A stretch of 61,849 nucleotides of DNA from Acidocella sp. (GTDB lineage Bacteria > Pseudomonadota > Alphaproteobacteria > Acetobacterales > Acetobacteraceae): positions 1 through 61,849 of the forward strand of contig NZ_JABEVC010000220.1 in assembly GCF_013044125.1 (NCBI RefSeq), in the 5' to 3' direction. Under the pieces are notes generated by a model. The model ran no database searches. It saw only the letters and a program-made list of their open reading frames with translations, and was not told the DNA's origin. The first letter of the stretch is position 1; the number at the start of each line of letters is the position of its first letter. Below, one piece after another: positions 9,460-21,268 of this stretch. The position numbers and the translations under genes are program-made.

Positions 9460-10761
9460 ATGTTGAATACAGCTTCCAAACCAGACACCACCCAGAGCAA
9501 CGCCGCCTGGGAGGCACGGCGCCAGGCCGCGACACCGCGCGGCGTGAGCGTGCTGGAGACTTTCTACGCCGAGCGGGCGCTCAATGCCGAATTATGGGAC
9601 ATCGAGGGCAACCGCTATATCGACTTCGCGGGCGGCATCGCGGTGCTGAACACCGGCCATTGCCACCCCCGCGTGATCGCCGCGGTTAGCGAACAACTCG
9701 GCCGCTTCAGCCACACCGCGTATCAGGTGGTGCCCTATGCGGGGTATGTCTCGCTCGCCGAGCAAATGAACCGCCGCGCGCCGGGGGCTGAGGCCAAGAA
9801 GACCATGCTGGTGACCACCGGCGCCGAGGCGGTGGAAAATGCCGTCAAGATCGCCCGCGCGGCGACCGGGCGTTCGGGCGTCATCGCGTTCGACGGCGCC
9901 TTCCATGGCCGCACGCTGCTCGGCATGGCGCTGACCGGCAAGGTGGTTCCCTACAAGACCGGCTTTGGCGCGATGCCGGGCGATGTCTTCCACGCCCCCT
10001 TCCCCAACCCGCTGCATGGCGTCAGCATCGAGGATTCGCTGGCCCATGTCCGCCGGCTGTTCAAGAGCGATATCGACCCCAAGCGTATCGCCGCGTTCAT
10101 CTACGAGCCGGTGCAGGGCGAAGGCGGGTTCTACCCGGCGCCGGTGGCGTTTATTCGCGGCCTGCGCGAAATTGCCGATGAGCACGGCATTCTGCTGATC
10201 GCCGATGAAATCCAGTGCGGCGCGGCGCGTACCGGGACGTTCTTCGCCTCCGCGCAGCATGATGTGCGTATCGACCTGCTTACCTTCGCCAAGAGCATCG
10301 CCGCCGGGCTGCCGCTGGCCGGTGTGGTGGGCCGCGCGGCGCTGATGGATGCGGCGGCCCCCGGCGGGCTGGGCGGCACCTATGCCGGCAATCCGCTGGC
10401 GGTTGCCGCGGCCCATGCGGTGCTGGAGATCATCGAGGATGAGAAACTGGAGCACCGCGCCACGGTGCTGGGCGAGCGGTTGAAAGCCCGGCTGAACGCG
10501 CTGCGCGAGGCGGTGCCGTTCATCGCCGATGTGCGCGGGCCGGGCAGCATGGTGGCGGCCGAGTTCATCAACCCCAAGGATGGCGAGCCGCAGCCGGAGT
10601 TCGTGAAAAAGGTGCAGGCCATCGCGCAGCAGCGCGGGCTGATTTTGCTGGTCTGCGGCGTTTACAGCAATGTCATCCGCTTCCTCTACCCGCTGACGAT
10701 CCAGGATAGCGTGTTCGCCGAAGCGCTCGATACGCTGGAATACGCGCTGCGCCACGCCTGA
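9460..10761 (+). CDS. gabT: 4-aminobutyrate/5-aminovalerate:2-oxoglutarate transaminase
   Basis: DFAGGIAVLNTGH, TGAEAVENA, FHGRT, EPVQGEGG, LGGTYAGNP class III aminotransferase. Confidence 0.9.
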   Translation: MLNTASKPDTTQSNAAWEARRQAATPRGVSVLETFYAERALNAELWDIEGNRYIDFAGGIAVLNTGHCHPRVIAAVSEQLGRFSHTAYQVVPYAGYVSLAEQMNRRAPGAEAKKTMLVTTGAEAVENAVKIARAATGRSGVIAFDGAFHGRTLLGMALTGKVVPYKTGFGAMPGDVFHAPFPNPLHGVSIEDSLAHVRRLFKSDIDPKRIAAFIYEPVQGEGGFYPAPVAFIRGLREIADEHGILLIADEIQCGAARTGTFFASAQHDVRIDLLTFAKSIAAGLPLAGVVGRAALMDAAAPGGLGGTYAGNPLAVAAAHAVLEIIEDEKLEHRATVLGERLKARLNALREAVPFIADVRGPGSMVAAEFINPKDGEPQPEFVKKVQAIAQQRGLILLVCGVYSNVIRFLYPLTIQDSVFAEALDTLEYALRHA

Positions 10762-10780
10762 GCCAAGCCTGTTGAGAGAG

Positions 10781-10804
10781 ATGGCCGGTATAAAAACCGG
10801 CCAT
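10781..10804. terminator. Hairpin between convergent gabT and RND genes
   Basis: ATGGCCGGT-ataaaa-ACCGGCCAT. Confidence 0.55.
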
Positions 10805-10813
10805 ACCCGGCGC

Positions 10814-13800
10814 TTATTTGCCGCGGTAGCGAATGTATAAAGCCGGGATCAGGTTGGTGCTGAGCAGCGCGCTCCAGACGATGCCGCCCGCGATGACGAC
10901 GGCCAGCCCCTGCTCGGGCGCGGCGCCCGCGCCAAACCCCAGAGCGGTGGGCAGCATGCCCAGCACGGCGACAACGGTGGTGAGAAAAATCGGGCGGAAG
11001 CGCACATTCAGCGCTTCCTCCATGGCCTGCGCCGGGGCCAGCCCGGCATTCTCGTTTTGCTGGGCGCGGTCAAGCAGCACAATGCCGTGGTTCAGGCTGA
11101 CGCCCACCAGGGTGAGGAAGCCGACCAGGCCGATCCCGTTCAGCCCCAGCCCGCTGGCCGCCAGGGCCAGCGCGCCGCCGGTCATCGCCAGGGGAATCTG
11201 CATCATCAGCAATCCTGGCGCACGCCGGCCGCCAAAACGCAGCACCAGCACGCCGGCCATGAGGATGACCGCGGCGAGCGAGGCGATGCCCAGGCCGAGG
11301 ACGGCTCTCTCCAGCATGGGGTACAACCCGCCGAACGCAATGCGGTAGTCAGGCGGCAGCTTCAGGCTGGCCAGCGCCCGCTTGGCTGCGGCGATGGCGG
11401 TCCCCGGCGCGGTGGTGGGGGTTGCCAGAATATCGAAGGCGCGCGCGCCGTCGATATGGTGAAACTGGTTCGGGCTGGTGACGAGGCTGATGCTGGCGAG
11501 CTGGCCGAGCGGCGTGCCGCTCTGGCTGCCAACAGGCAGGGCGGCCAGGTCATTGAGGGAAAACGCAGCCGGATCAGGCAGGCGGATATAAACCGGCAGC
11601 GCGATGTTGCCGTCCGGCACGCGCGCCACCACCTGCCCGGCGAGCAGGGCGGCCAGCTCATGGCTCAACTGCGCGGGCGTGAGTCCGGCCGCGGCCAGGG
11701 CGGCGGGACGCGGCTGCACGTTGATCTGCGTTTCTGGATAGCCGTCGTTATTGAACACGCCAGAGAGGCCGTTCACCTTGTCCAGCCGGGAAGTGATCGC
11801 ATCCGCCAGCGTGGCCATCTCAGCGAATTTCGTGCCGTACAGCTGGATTTCAAAGGGTTGCGGCAGGCCCGAGAGGCTCTCGCCCAGGCGCTCGACTGTC
11901 GGCGTGTCCACCCCGAGCTGCACCGAGGGGGTCTGGCTGGCGGCGAGTATCTGGGCGGCAATCGCATCCAGGCTGTTTGCCCCGGCGCCGGGTTTCAGCA
12001 GAATCTCGATCTCCCCAGCGTAGGCTGGCTCGGTGTAGTTGCTGCCCGCGGCCGAACCGATGCGCGCCAGGCTGTGGGCCACTGCGGGGTTGGCGTTGAT
12101 GCGGGTGACGATTGAATTGACCGCCGCCTGCGTGTCCAGCAGCGCGGTGCCGGGAGGCAGGGTGAAGGATTCCAGCAGCACGCCCTCGTTCGGCAAGGGG
12201 AGAATATTCACCGAGACCAGGCTCATCGCCGCCAGGCTTACCAACAGCAGCAGGAAACAGCCGCCGATGGCCCAGCGCGGATGGCGCAGCACAAAGTTGA
12301 ACAGGCGGCGGTTGTGGCGCCGCAGCGCGGCCAGGAGCTGCTCGCTGCGCCGCGAGGGCTGCGGGATGGCGCCGCCATGGCGCACCAGGCTGAGGCCGAG
12401 CGGGATGAGCGTGAGCGACACCAGCAGGGAGGCCAGCAGAGAGAACACCATGCCCAAAGCGAAGGGGATGAAAAACAGCCCGGCCAGCCCGCCGGTGAAC
12501 AACAAGGGGACGAACACCAGGATGGTGGTCAGCGTGCCGATGATGTCCGGCGCCGCGATGTCGCGCAGGCCGCGCAAAACACCGGCGGCGGGGGCATCGC
12601 CCGCCTCCCAGCGGTGGCAGATGCTCTCCAGCACAATGATTGCGTCATCGGCCACCAGCCCCAGCGCCACGGTGATCGCGCCCAGCGTCATCAAATTGAG
12701 GCTCTGCCCGGCGGCATACAGCCCGGCGATGCCCAGCAGCAGCGAGACCGGGATGCTCAACGCCAGCAGCCACGCGCCGCTGCGCGCGCCCAGCACGAAG
12801 AGCATGACCGCAATCGCCAGCACGCCGCCGATGATGAGATTGCGCCGCAGATCCGCCCCCACCGCATGCACCAGATGCCCTTGGTCATAAATGCGGATGA
12901 ACCGCACGCCGGGCGGGAGCTGGCCGCGCAACGCCGCCAGCCTGCGGGCGATGGCTTGCGTCACCGGCAGGGTGGAGGCGCCTTGTTGCTTGAAAATCGT
13001 CAGCGCGATGCTTGGCTGGCCGTCCAGCAATTCACGCTGATGGGTGGGCAGCGTGGCATGGATGATGCGCGCCAAGCTGCCCAGCGCCACCGGCCCGTTT
13101 GGCCCGGCGACCAGCGTTGCGTTTAAATCGGCAATGCGCGTGGGCAGGTTATGCAGCTCAATCAACGAATCCTGATGCCCGAGCGTGAGATACCCGCCGG
13201 GCGCCAGACTCACCTGCCCGGCCAGCGCGGCGGTGAGCGCGCTCACCGGGATATGCGCCTGACGCAGGGCGTTCAGGTCCGGCTGCACCCAGAGCGCCGC
13301 ATCGCCAATGCCGGCGCTATCAACCAGCTGCACGCCGGATATCGCGCGCAAGGCGGGGACGATGGTGGCGGCGACCACGCGGGAAACCTCCTCATGGGGC
13401 ACCCCGGCGGGGATTTGCAGCGCATAGTCGGCCACTTCGTTGATCGCGTTGCCCATAATCTCGGACAAAGGCTGGGCGGCGGGCGGCAGGCTGGCGCGCA
13501 CGCGGTCAATCGCGCCGTTGACGGCCTGGAGATCGGCGTTAGGGTCCGTGCCCGCGCGGAAGCGCAAATCGGTTTCAACCACCCCATCGCCGATGGCCGA
13601 GCGCACCTGCGTCACATCCGGCAGGCCGAGCAGCTGGCCCTCAAGCGGGGTGGCGACCAGGGTTTCCATGCTGGTGGCCGTGGTGCCCGGCAGATGCGTG
13701 ATGACGCTGATCGCCGGAAAATTGAACGCCGGCAGAACCTCGACCGGAATGTTCACCAGCGCGTAAACGCCGTAGCCGATCATCCCGCCGTACAGCAAAA

Positions 13801-13846
13801 TCCACAGCGCGGGCCGCAGCAACACGCGGATGAATGAAGACATCAT
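10814..13846 (-). CDS. RND efflux transporter permease (AcrB/CzcA superfamily)
   Basis: 1010 aa; TM4 GLVADDAIIVLE, RFRPIFLTT motif. Confidence 0.9.
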   Translation of the reverse strand: MMSSFIRVLLRPALWILLYGGMIGYGVYALVNIPVEVLPAFNFPAISVITHLPGTTATSMETLVATPLEGQLLGLPDVTQVRSAIGDGVVETDLRFRAGTDPNADLQAVNGAIDRVRASLPPAAQPLSEIMGNAINEVADYALQIPAGVPHEEVSRVVAATIVPALRAISGVQLVDSAGIGDAALWVQPDLNALRQAHIPVSALTAALAGQVSLAPGGYLTLGHQDSLIELHNLPTRIADLNATLVAGPNGPVALGSLARIIHATLPTHQRELLDGQPSIALTIFKQQGASTLPVTQAIARRLAALRGQLPPGVRFIRIYDQGHLVHAVGADLRRNLIIGGVLAIAVMLFVLGARSGAWLLALSIPVSLLLGIAGLYAAGQSLNLMTLGAITVALGLVADDAIIVLESICHRWEAGDAPAAGVLRGLRDIAAPDIIGTLTTILVFVPLLFTGGLAGLFFIPFALGMVFSLLASLLVSLTLIPLGLSLVRHGGAIPQPSRRSEQLLAALRRHNRRLFNFVLRHPRWAIGGCFLLLLVSLAAMSLVSVNILPLPNEGVLLESFTLPPGTALLDTQAAVNSIVTRINANPAVAHSLARIGSAAGSNYTEPAYAGEIEILLKPGAGANSLDAIAAQILAASQTPSVQLGVDTPTVERLGESLSGLPQPFEIQLYGTKFAEMATLADAITSRLDKVNGLSGVFNNDGYPETQINVQPRPAALAAAGLTPAQLSHELAALLAGQVVARVPDGNIALPVYIRLPDPAAFSLNDLAALPVGSQSGTPLGQLASISLVTSPNQFHHIDGARAFDILATPTTAPGTAIAAAKRALASLKLPPDYRIAFGGLYPMLERAVLGLGIASLAAVILMAGVLVLRFGGRRAPGLLMMQIPLAMTGGALALAASGLGLNGIGLVGFLTLVGVSLNHGIVLLDRAQQNENAGLAPAQAMEEALNVRFRPIFLTTVVAVLGMLPTALGFGAGAAPEQGLAVVIAGGIVWSALLSTNLIPALYIRYRGK

Positions 13847-13856
13847 GGGCGCGGCG

Positions 13857-14906
13857 CTAATCAGGCGGCTGATACAAGGCGGCGATGCCGCGATGGTAAA
13901 GCAGATACGCGTTCACCACGACCACATCCCAGCCCGGCTTCAGGCCGGATTTTATCACCGTGTCAGCGCCTTGCGCCGGGCCCGGCACAACCGGGACCGG
14001 ATGATCCCCCCACGCGGTGTGCAGCATCACCCACCATTGGCCTTTGTCGAGAATCAGGGCGCTGGAGGGCACCATGACCGCCTCGCGCGCCGGCAGGGCG
14101 AGCGTGACCGTGCCGAACACCCCCGGCGCCAGGGGGCTGCCCGGCGTTAAGGCCACCGGCTGGCCGCCATCGGCCTGCGCCGTGCCAAGCGCGCCGCGCA
14201 CGCGCACCGGCACCGGGGCGCCGCCGCTGCCGGGTGTGAATATGCCCGGGGCGCCGGGGGCGATATCCGCCGCGGCGGCGTTGTAGAACACGGCGCGGAG
14301 CCAGTTGCCCGCTGCGGGCTGTATGGTGGCGGCAACCTGCCCCGCCGCCAGAAACCCACCGCTGACGGCCGGTACGCTCTGCACCACCCCCGCCAGCGGG
14401 CTGCGCAAAACCACCGCTTGCCGCAGCGCCGTTAAATCCGCCGCCGCCGTTGCGCGGCGCGCCGTTGCGGTGGCGAGCGCGGCCCTGGCCTGCGCGACCA
14501 GCTGGCGGGTGGAGAGGTGTTGTTGCAGCTTCTGCTGTTCCGCCGCCAGGGATATGGCCGCCGCATCCCGCGCGGCCGTGGCATCCACCAGCGCGCCTTG
14601 CGCCTGGGCCAGGGCGGCGGCAACCTGCGGGCCGCCCAGCCGGGCGATGACCTGCCCCGGCGCGACCCTCTGGCCGGGCAGCACGGCAAGCCCGGAAACA
14701 ACCCCGGGCTGAACGGAGGTGACCATGACAACCCCGCCCGGCTGCTCACTTGCGAAGGCTGAAATTTCGGGAGTCTGCGGCGCCGATTTCGCCGCCACCC
14801 AGTCCACGCTGGCGGGAGCGGCCAGCGCGGCGCCGCCCGCGAAGGCGGCCAGCACGGCGCAAAAAACAACCCTGCACAGCTGGCGCGGCTTTACTGTTTC
14901 ATCCAT
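13857..14906 (-). CDS. RND periplasmic adaptor (membrane fusion protein)
   Basis: Signal peptide, Ala-rich alpha-hairpin, LRSPLAGVV, VPSSAL; upstream of RND gene. Confidence 0.85.
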   Translation of the reverse strand: MDETVKPRQLCRVVFCAVLAAFAGGAALAAPASVDWVAAKSAPQTPEISAFASEQPGGVVMVTSVQPGVVSGLAVLPGQRVAPGQVIARLGGPQVAAALAQAQGALVDATAARDAAAISLAAEQQKLQQHLSTRQLVAQARAALATATARRATAAADLTALRQAVVLRSPLAGVVQSVPAVSGGFLAAGQVAATIQPAAGNWLRAVFYNAAAADIAPGAPGIFTPGSGGAPVPVRVRGALGTAQADGGQPVALTPGSPLAPGVFGTVTLALPAREAVMVPSSALILDKGQWWVMLHTAWGDHPVPVVPGPAQGADTVIKSGLKPGWDVVVVNAYLLYHRGIAALYQPPD

Positions 14907-15195
14907 GCAGATTGATCACGCCAGTTCGCCCTTCGGTATTCCGCTGGCGCAATTTGTAAGCGCATAAAACTGGCATGGCCAGGGGGGCGAAACCTGTTAA
15001 AAAAATGGTAATGCCGCTGTCACCACAGCGCTCAGATATCAATATCTTTTCCAAACCAAGTGAAATCGCGGCCCAGCGCGGAAATACCAGGCCAGGCAAA
15101 CAAAACCAGGAAACCGCCGATCCGCTGGTTTTTACCCGCATTGAAGACACCGCGATGCCCGGCCCCATGCTGCGGCTGGCGGCTTGCGGCCAGCG

Positions 15196-15225
15196 TTGAC
15201 AAAGACATAAGCATATCTTTATATC
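15196..15225 (+). promoter_or_regulatory. Sigma70 promoter with overlapping SahR-type palindromic operator
   Basis: TTGACA at 15196-15201; imperfect palindrome GACATAAGCATATCTTTATATC at 15204-15225. Confidence 0.7.
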
Positions 15226-15235
15226 TACAACTGAT

Positions 15236-16194
15236 ATGAACGATGCGCTTGAAATTTTCCGTGCCCTGGCCGATCCCACGCGGCTGCGGATGCTGGCCCT
15301 GTTGCGGGCGATGGAACTTTCCATCGGTGAGCTGGCGCAGGTGCTAGGGCAGAGCCAGCCACGTGTCTCGCGGCATGTAAAAATCCTGGCCGATGCCGGG
15401 ATCGCGCGGCGGCGCAAGGAGGGGAGCTGGGTTTTTCTCAGCCTGGGCGATGCGGCGCGGATGGCGCCATTGCTGGCCGCCATCGACTCCTGGAGCGGGC
15501 TGGAGGAGGGCGATGACCGGGCGCTTGCGGATATGGCCCGCCTCGCCGCCGTGCGGGGCGAGCGCGCCCGCGCCGCGGAGGAATATTTCAACGCCCATGC
15601 CGCCGAATGGGACGAAATGCGCTCCCTGCATGTGGCGGAGAGCCAGGTTGAGGCCGCGATCCGCGCCACGCTGAGCGCCGCGCCCATCGGCCGGCTGGTT
15701 GATATCGGCACCGGCACCGGGCGGATGATCGAGCTTTTCGGGGAGACGGCGCGCAGCGTCATCGGGATAGAGCGCAGCCCCGAGATGCTGCGCCTCGCCC
15801 GCGCCAAGCTGGCCCGCGCCGGGCTGGAACAGGCGGAACTGCGCCAGGGGGATTTTCATGCCCTGCCGCTGCCGGGCGCCAGCGCCGATACCGTGATCAT
15901 CCACCAGGTGCTGCACTACGCCCAGCAGCCCGAAACGGCGGTTGCCGAGGCGGCGCGCCTGCTTGCCCCCGGCGGGCGGCTGCTGGTGGTGGATTTCGGC
16001 CCGCACGAGAAGGAAGAGCTGCGCACCCGCCACGCGCACGCCCGGCTGGGCTTCACCGATGAGCAGATCGCCGGTTGGTTCGCCGGCGCGGGACTTGAGA
16101 CCACGCCGCCCCAGCCGCTCGCGGGTGGCGAATTAACCGTGAAACTCTGGCTGGGCCAGCGCCCCGCCCTGGCTGATATGAAAGACATTGCCGC

Positions 16195-16198
<4 letters not shown>
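15236..16198 (+). CDS. sahR: ArsR HTH + SAM-dependent methyltransferase-domain regulator (SahR)
   Basis: ALADPTRLR..SQPRVSRH ArsR HTH fused to DIGTGTG MTase fold; coupled to metF. Confidence 0.85.
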
Positions 16199-19109
<2,911 letters not shown>

Positions 19110-19257
19110 TCAAATACGGGCACGCCGGCCCGGCGCCAGGCCGCCCGAAAGAAGCGTGGCGCGGCTCAAGCCATGGCTATATGATGGCGCCCGGGGCGCT
19201 TGCCCGCGCGGCAAGGCCGCCTCAACCAGCAATGCGTGCCAAATTGAGGATGATGCC

Positions 19258-19461
19258 ATGGACCTGAATGAAGCCTTGGAAGCCGACTGGATCAAGATCC
19301 GCGCGATTTTGAAGGACCAGTTGAAAAGCCTTGCCCAGGAGAAACATCCCCCGGTTGCGGGGCAGAGCGCCGAGGCCGCGCACGCCCAGGCGGTAGAGCG
19401 CGCCCACCGGCTGATCGCGGAATGCGAGAGCATCATCACGATTTATTCCCGGCGCGCATAG
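19258..19461 (+). CDS. Small helical hypothetical protein (67 aa)
   Basis: GAGGA RBS then ATG; MDLNEALEADWIKIRAILKDQLK... fills the intergenic gap. Confidence 0.55.
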   Translation: MDLNEALEADWIKIRAILKDQLKSLAQEKHPPVAGQSAEAAHAQAVERAHRLIAECESIITIYSRRA

Positions 19462-19552
19462 CCCCAACGGGAGGCTTCGCGGGACTCCGCGTTATGCGGC
19501 GCGCCGCGCTGCCGGCTTCATAAAATTTAGCCTTCAAATATATAATAAACAA

Positions 19553-19571
19553 TTTTTTGTATATATTAAAA
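19553..19571. promoter_or_regulatory. Putative GntR operator
   Basis: TTTTTTGTATATATTAAAA, identical to 51831-51849. Confidence 0.6.
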
Positions 19572-19619
19572 CCGGGTTTTCGTATATTACAAAAACGCCG
19601 CATAACGAAAGGAAATACC

Positions 19620-20405
19620 ATGAAGCAACTCGACGGCAAAACCGCGATCATCCTGGGAGCGAGCGCAAAGGGTAATCTCGGCCAGACACTGGCGAAACGT
19701 TTTCTCGCCGAGGGGGCGAATGTCGTCGTCTCCGGCCGGCGCGAGGATGAACTCACCACCTTCGCGAAAGATAACGGCTGCGCCTATAAGCCCTGCGACA
19801 TCACCATGAAGTCTGACTGCGAGGCGCTGGCCGCCTTCACCCAGGACAAATATGGCCGTGTGGACATCGCCATCAACTCCACCGGCTGGGGCCTGCTGGT
19901 GCCCTTCCTTGAAACCACCGCGGAACAGCTTGCGAAAATGACAGCGCTGCAATTCATCGGCCCCTATTATTTCTACCAGGCGGTGATTCCGCACATGCCC
20001 AAGGGCGGCTCGCTCATTCAGATCTCATCGGCCACCGCCACCATCATGCTTGATAATCACGCCGCTTATATGGGAACGAAAGCCGGCACCGACCATGTCG
20101 TCAGATGCATCGCCAATGAGTTTGGTGAAAAGGGCATTCGCGCCAACTCCATCTCCCCGGGGCTGACGGATACACCGATGACGGAAGGTGCCTTCGCGAA
20201 AGCCGCTGTTGTTGCCTGCTTTGAACGGGAATATCCGCTTGGCCGGGTCGGCACGAAGGAAGACATCGCCGATGCCGCCGTGTGGCTCTCGCAGGACGGC
20301 TGCTTCATGACGGGGCAGAATTTGCAGGTGAACGGCGGGCTGACGCTGCGGCGCAATCCACGGGCTTCTGAAATTTCCGCGGCATTCATGGCTCCAGAAG
20401 CGTAG
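19620..20405 (+). CDS. Short-chain dehydrogenase/reductase
   Basis: GASAKGNLG nucleotide loop, YMGTK, NSISPG; AAGGA RBS. Confidence 0.9.
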   Translation: MKQLDGKTAIILGASAKGNLGQTLAKRFLAEGANVVVSGRREDELTTFAKDNGCAYKPCDITMKSDCEALAAFTQDKYGRVDIAINSTGWGLLVPFLETTAEQLAKMTALQFIGPYYFYQAVIPHMPKGGSLIQISSATATIMLDNHAAYMGTKAGTDHVVRCIANEFGEKGIRANSISPGLTDTPMTEGAFAKAAVVACFEREYPLGRVGTKEDIADAAVWLSQDGCFMTGQNLQVNGGLTLRRNPRASEISAAFMAPEA

Positions 20406-20412
20406 AATAAAA

Positions 20413-20435
20413 TCGGCGCCGCAACCCGGCGCCGA
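20413..20435 (-). terminator. Intrinsic terminator of the uptake operon
   Basis: TCGGCGCCG-caacc-CGGCGCCGA followed by TTTTATT on the minus strand. Confidence 0.65.
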
Positions 20436-20441
20436 ACTTCA

Positions 20442-20861
20442 TCAAACGGCCGGCTGGCCCTTTTCATACAAAACGCGCATCGCGTGCGTATCCCAGTAAT
20501 GAGGCCAAACCTCGATCACCTTTCCGTCCTGCAAGCGCCAATGCTCCAGGATACGGGTCTGAAAATCCTCCCGGCCATCCGGGGATTTTCCAGACAAAAT
20601 CATCAGTATCGCAAAATCCTCAGCATCATCGGCGCCCATGTACATCTCGGTCTTGATCGAAACATCCCGCCAGATGCCGGTGACGGTTGAAAAAAGCCGC
20701 TGCCAGCCTTCAAGACCACGATATTCACCGGCATAGGGCAGGCCCGCCGCCTCATGCACCACGAAGGCGGGATGCATCAGCGCCGCCACGGTTTTATCAT
20801 CGAGAGTCTGCGCCGCGACGATGAATTTTTGCAAAATCTGCTTGTTGCTTTCCATGATCAT
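20442..20861 (-). CDS. SnoaL-like/NTF2-fold protein
   Basis: LPYAGEYRG...WPHYWDT; ATGA overlap with upstream paralog. Confidence 0.8.
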   Translation of the reverse strand: MIMESNKQILQKFIVAAQTLDDKTVAALMHPAFVVHEAAGLPYAGEYRGLEGWQRLFSTVTGIWRDVSIKTEMYMGADDAEDFAILMILSGKSPDGREDFQTRILEHWRLQDGKVIEVWPHYWDTHAMRVLYEKGQPAV

Positions 20862-21268
20862 CCCTCCATTCCCGACACCCGCCGCAGCAAATGCGTATCC
20901 CAATAATACGGCCGGACAAGGCTGATGAGCCCGTCGCGGAGTTCCCAGAGTTCCAGCATGCTGGTCTCAAAACGCTCACCGGTCTTAATCGAGCGGCCGG
21001 TAAGCCCTACCATGACGATCACGCGCGTCCCGGTTTCATCGGTGAGCGCATATTCAACCGACGGCATGAACTCGGTAAAAACCGAGCCGACGTTGGCGAG
21101 CAGGCGGCGCCAGCCTTCCAGGCCGTTGTAGGTGCCCGCATAGGGCAGGCTCGCCGCCTCCTCACCGTGGAAATCAGGGTGAACCAGCGCCTCCGCCCCG
21201 GCAAGATCCCCTTTAACGACGAGATCATAAAAACGAAAAATAATTTCCTGTGGTGACATGTGTTTCAC
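20858..21268 (-). CDS. SnoaL-like/NTF2-fold protein
   Basis: LPYAGTYNG...RPYYWDT; GTGA overlap with MMPL gene. Confidence 0.8.
   Translation of the reverse strand: MKHMSPQEIIFRFYDLVVKGDLAGAEALVHPDFHGEEAASLPYAGTYNGLEGWRRLLANVGSVFTEFMPSVEYALTDETGTRVIVMVGLTGRSIKTGERFETSMLELWELRDGLISLVRPYYWDTHLLRRVSGMEG

Noticed and set aside
14899-15807. 302-aa minus ORF
   Set aside because: Antisense to sahR and across promoter DNA
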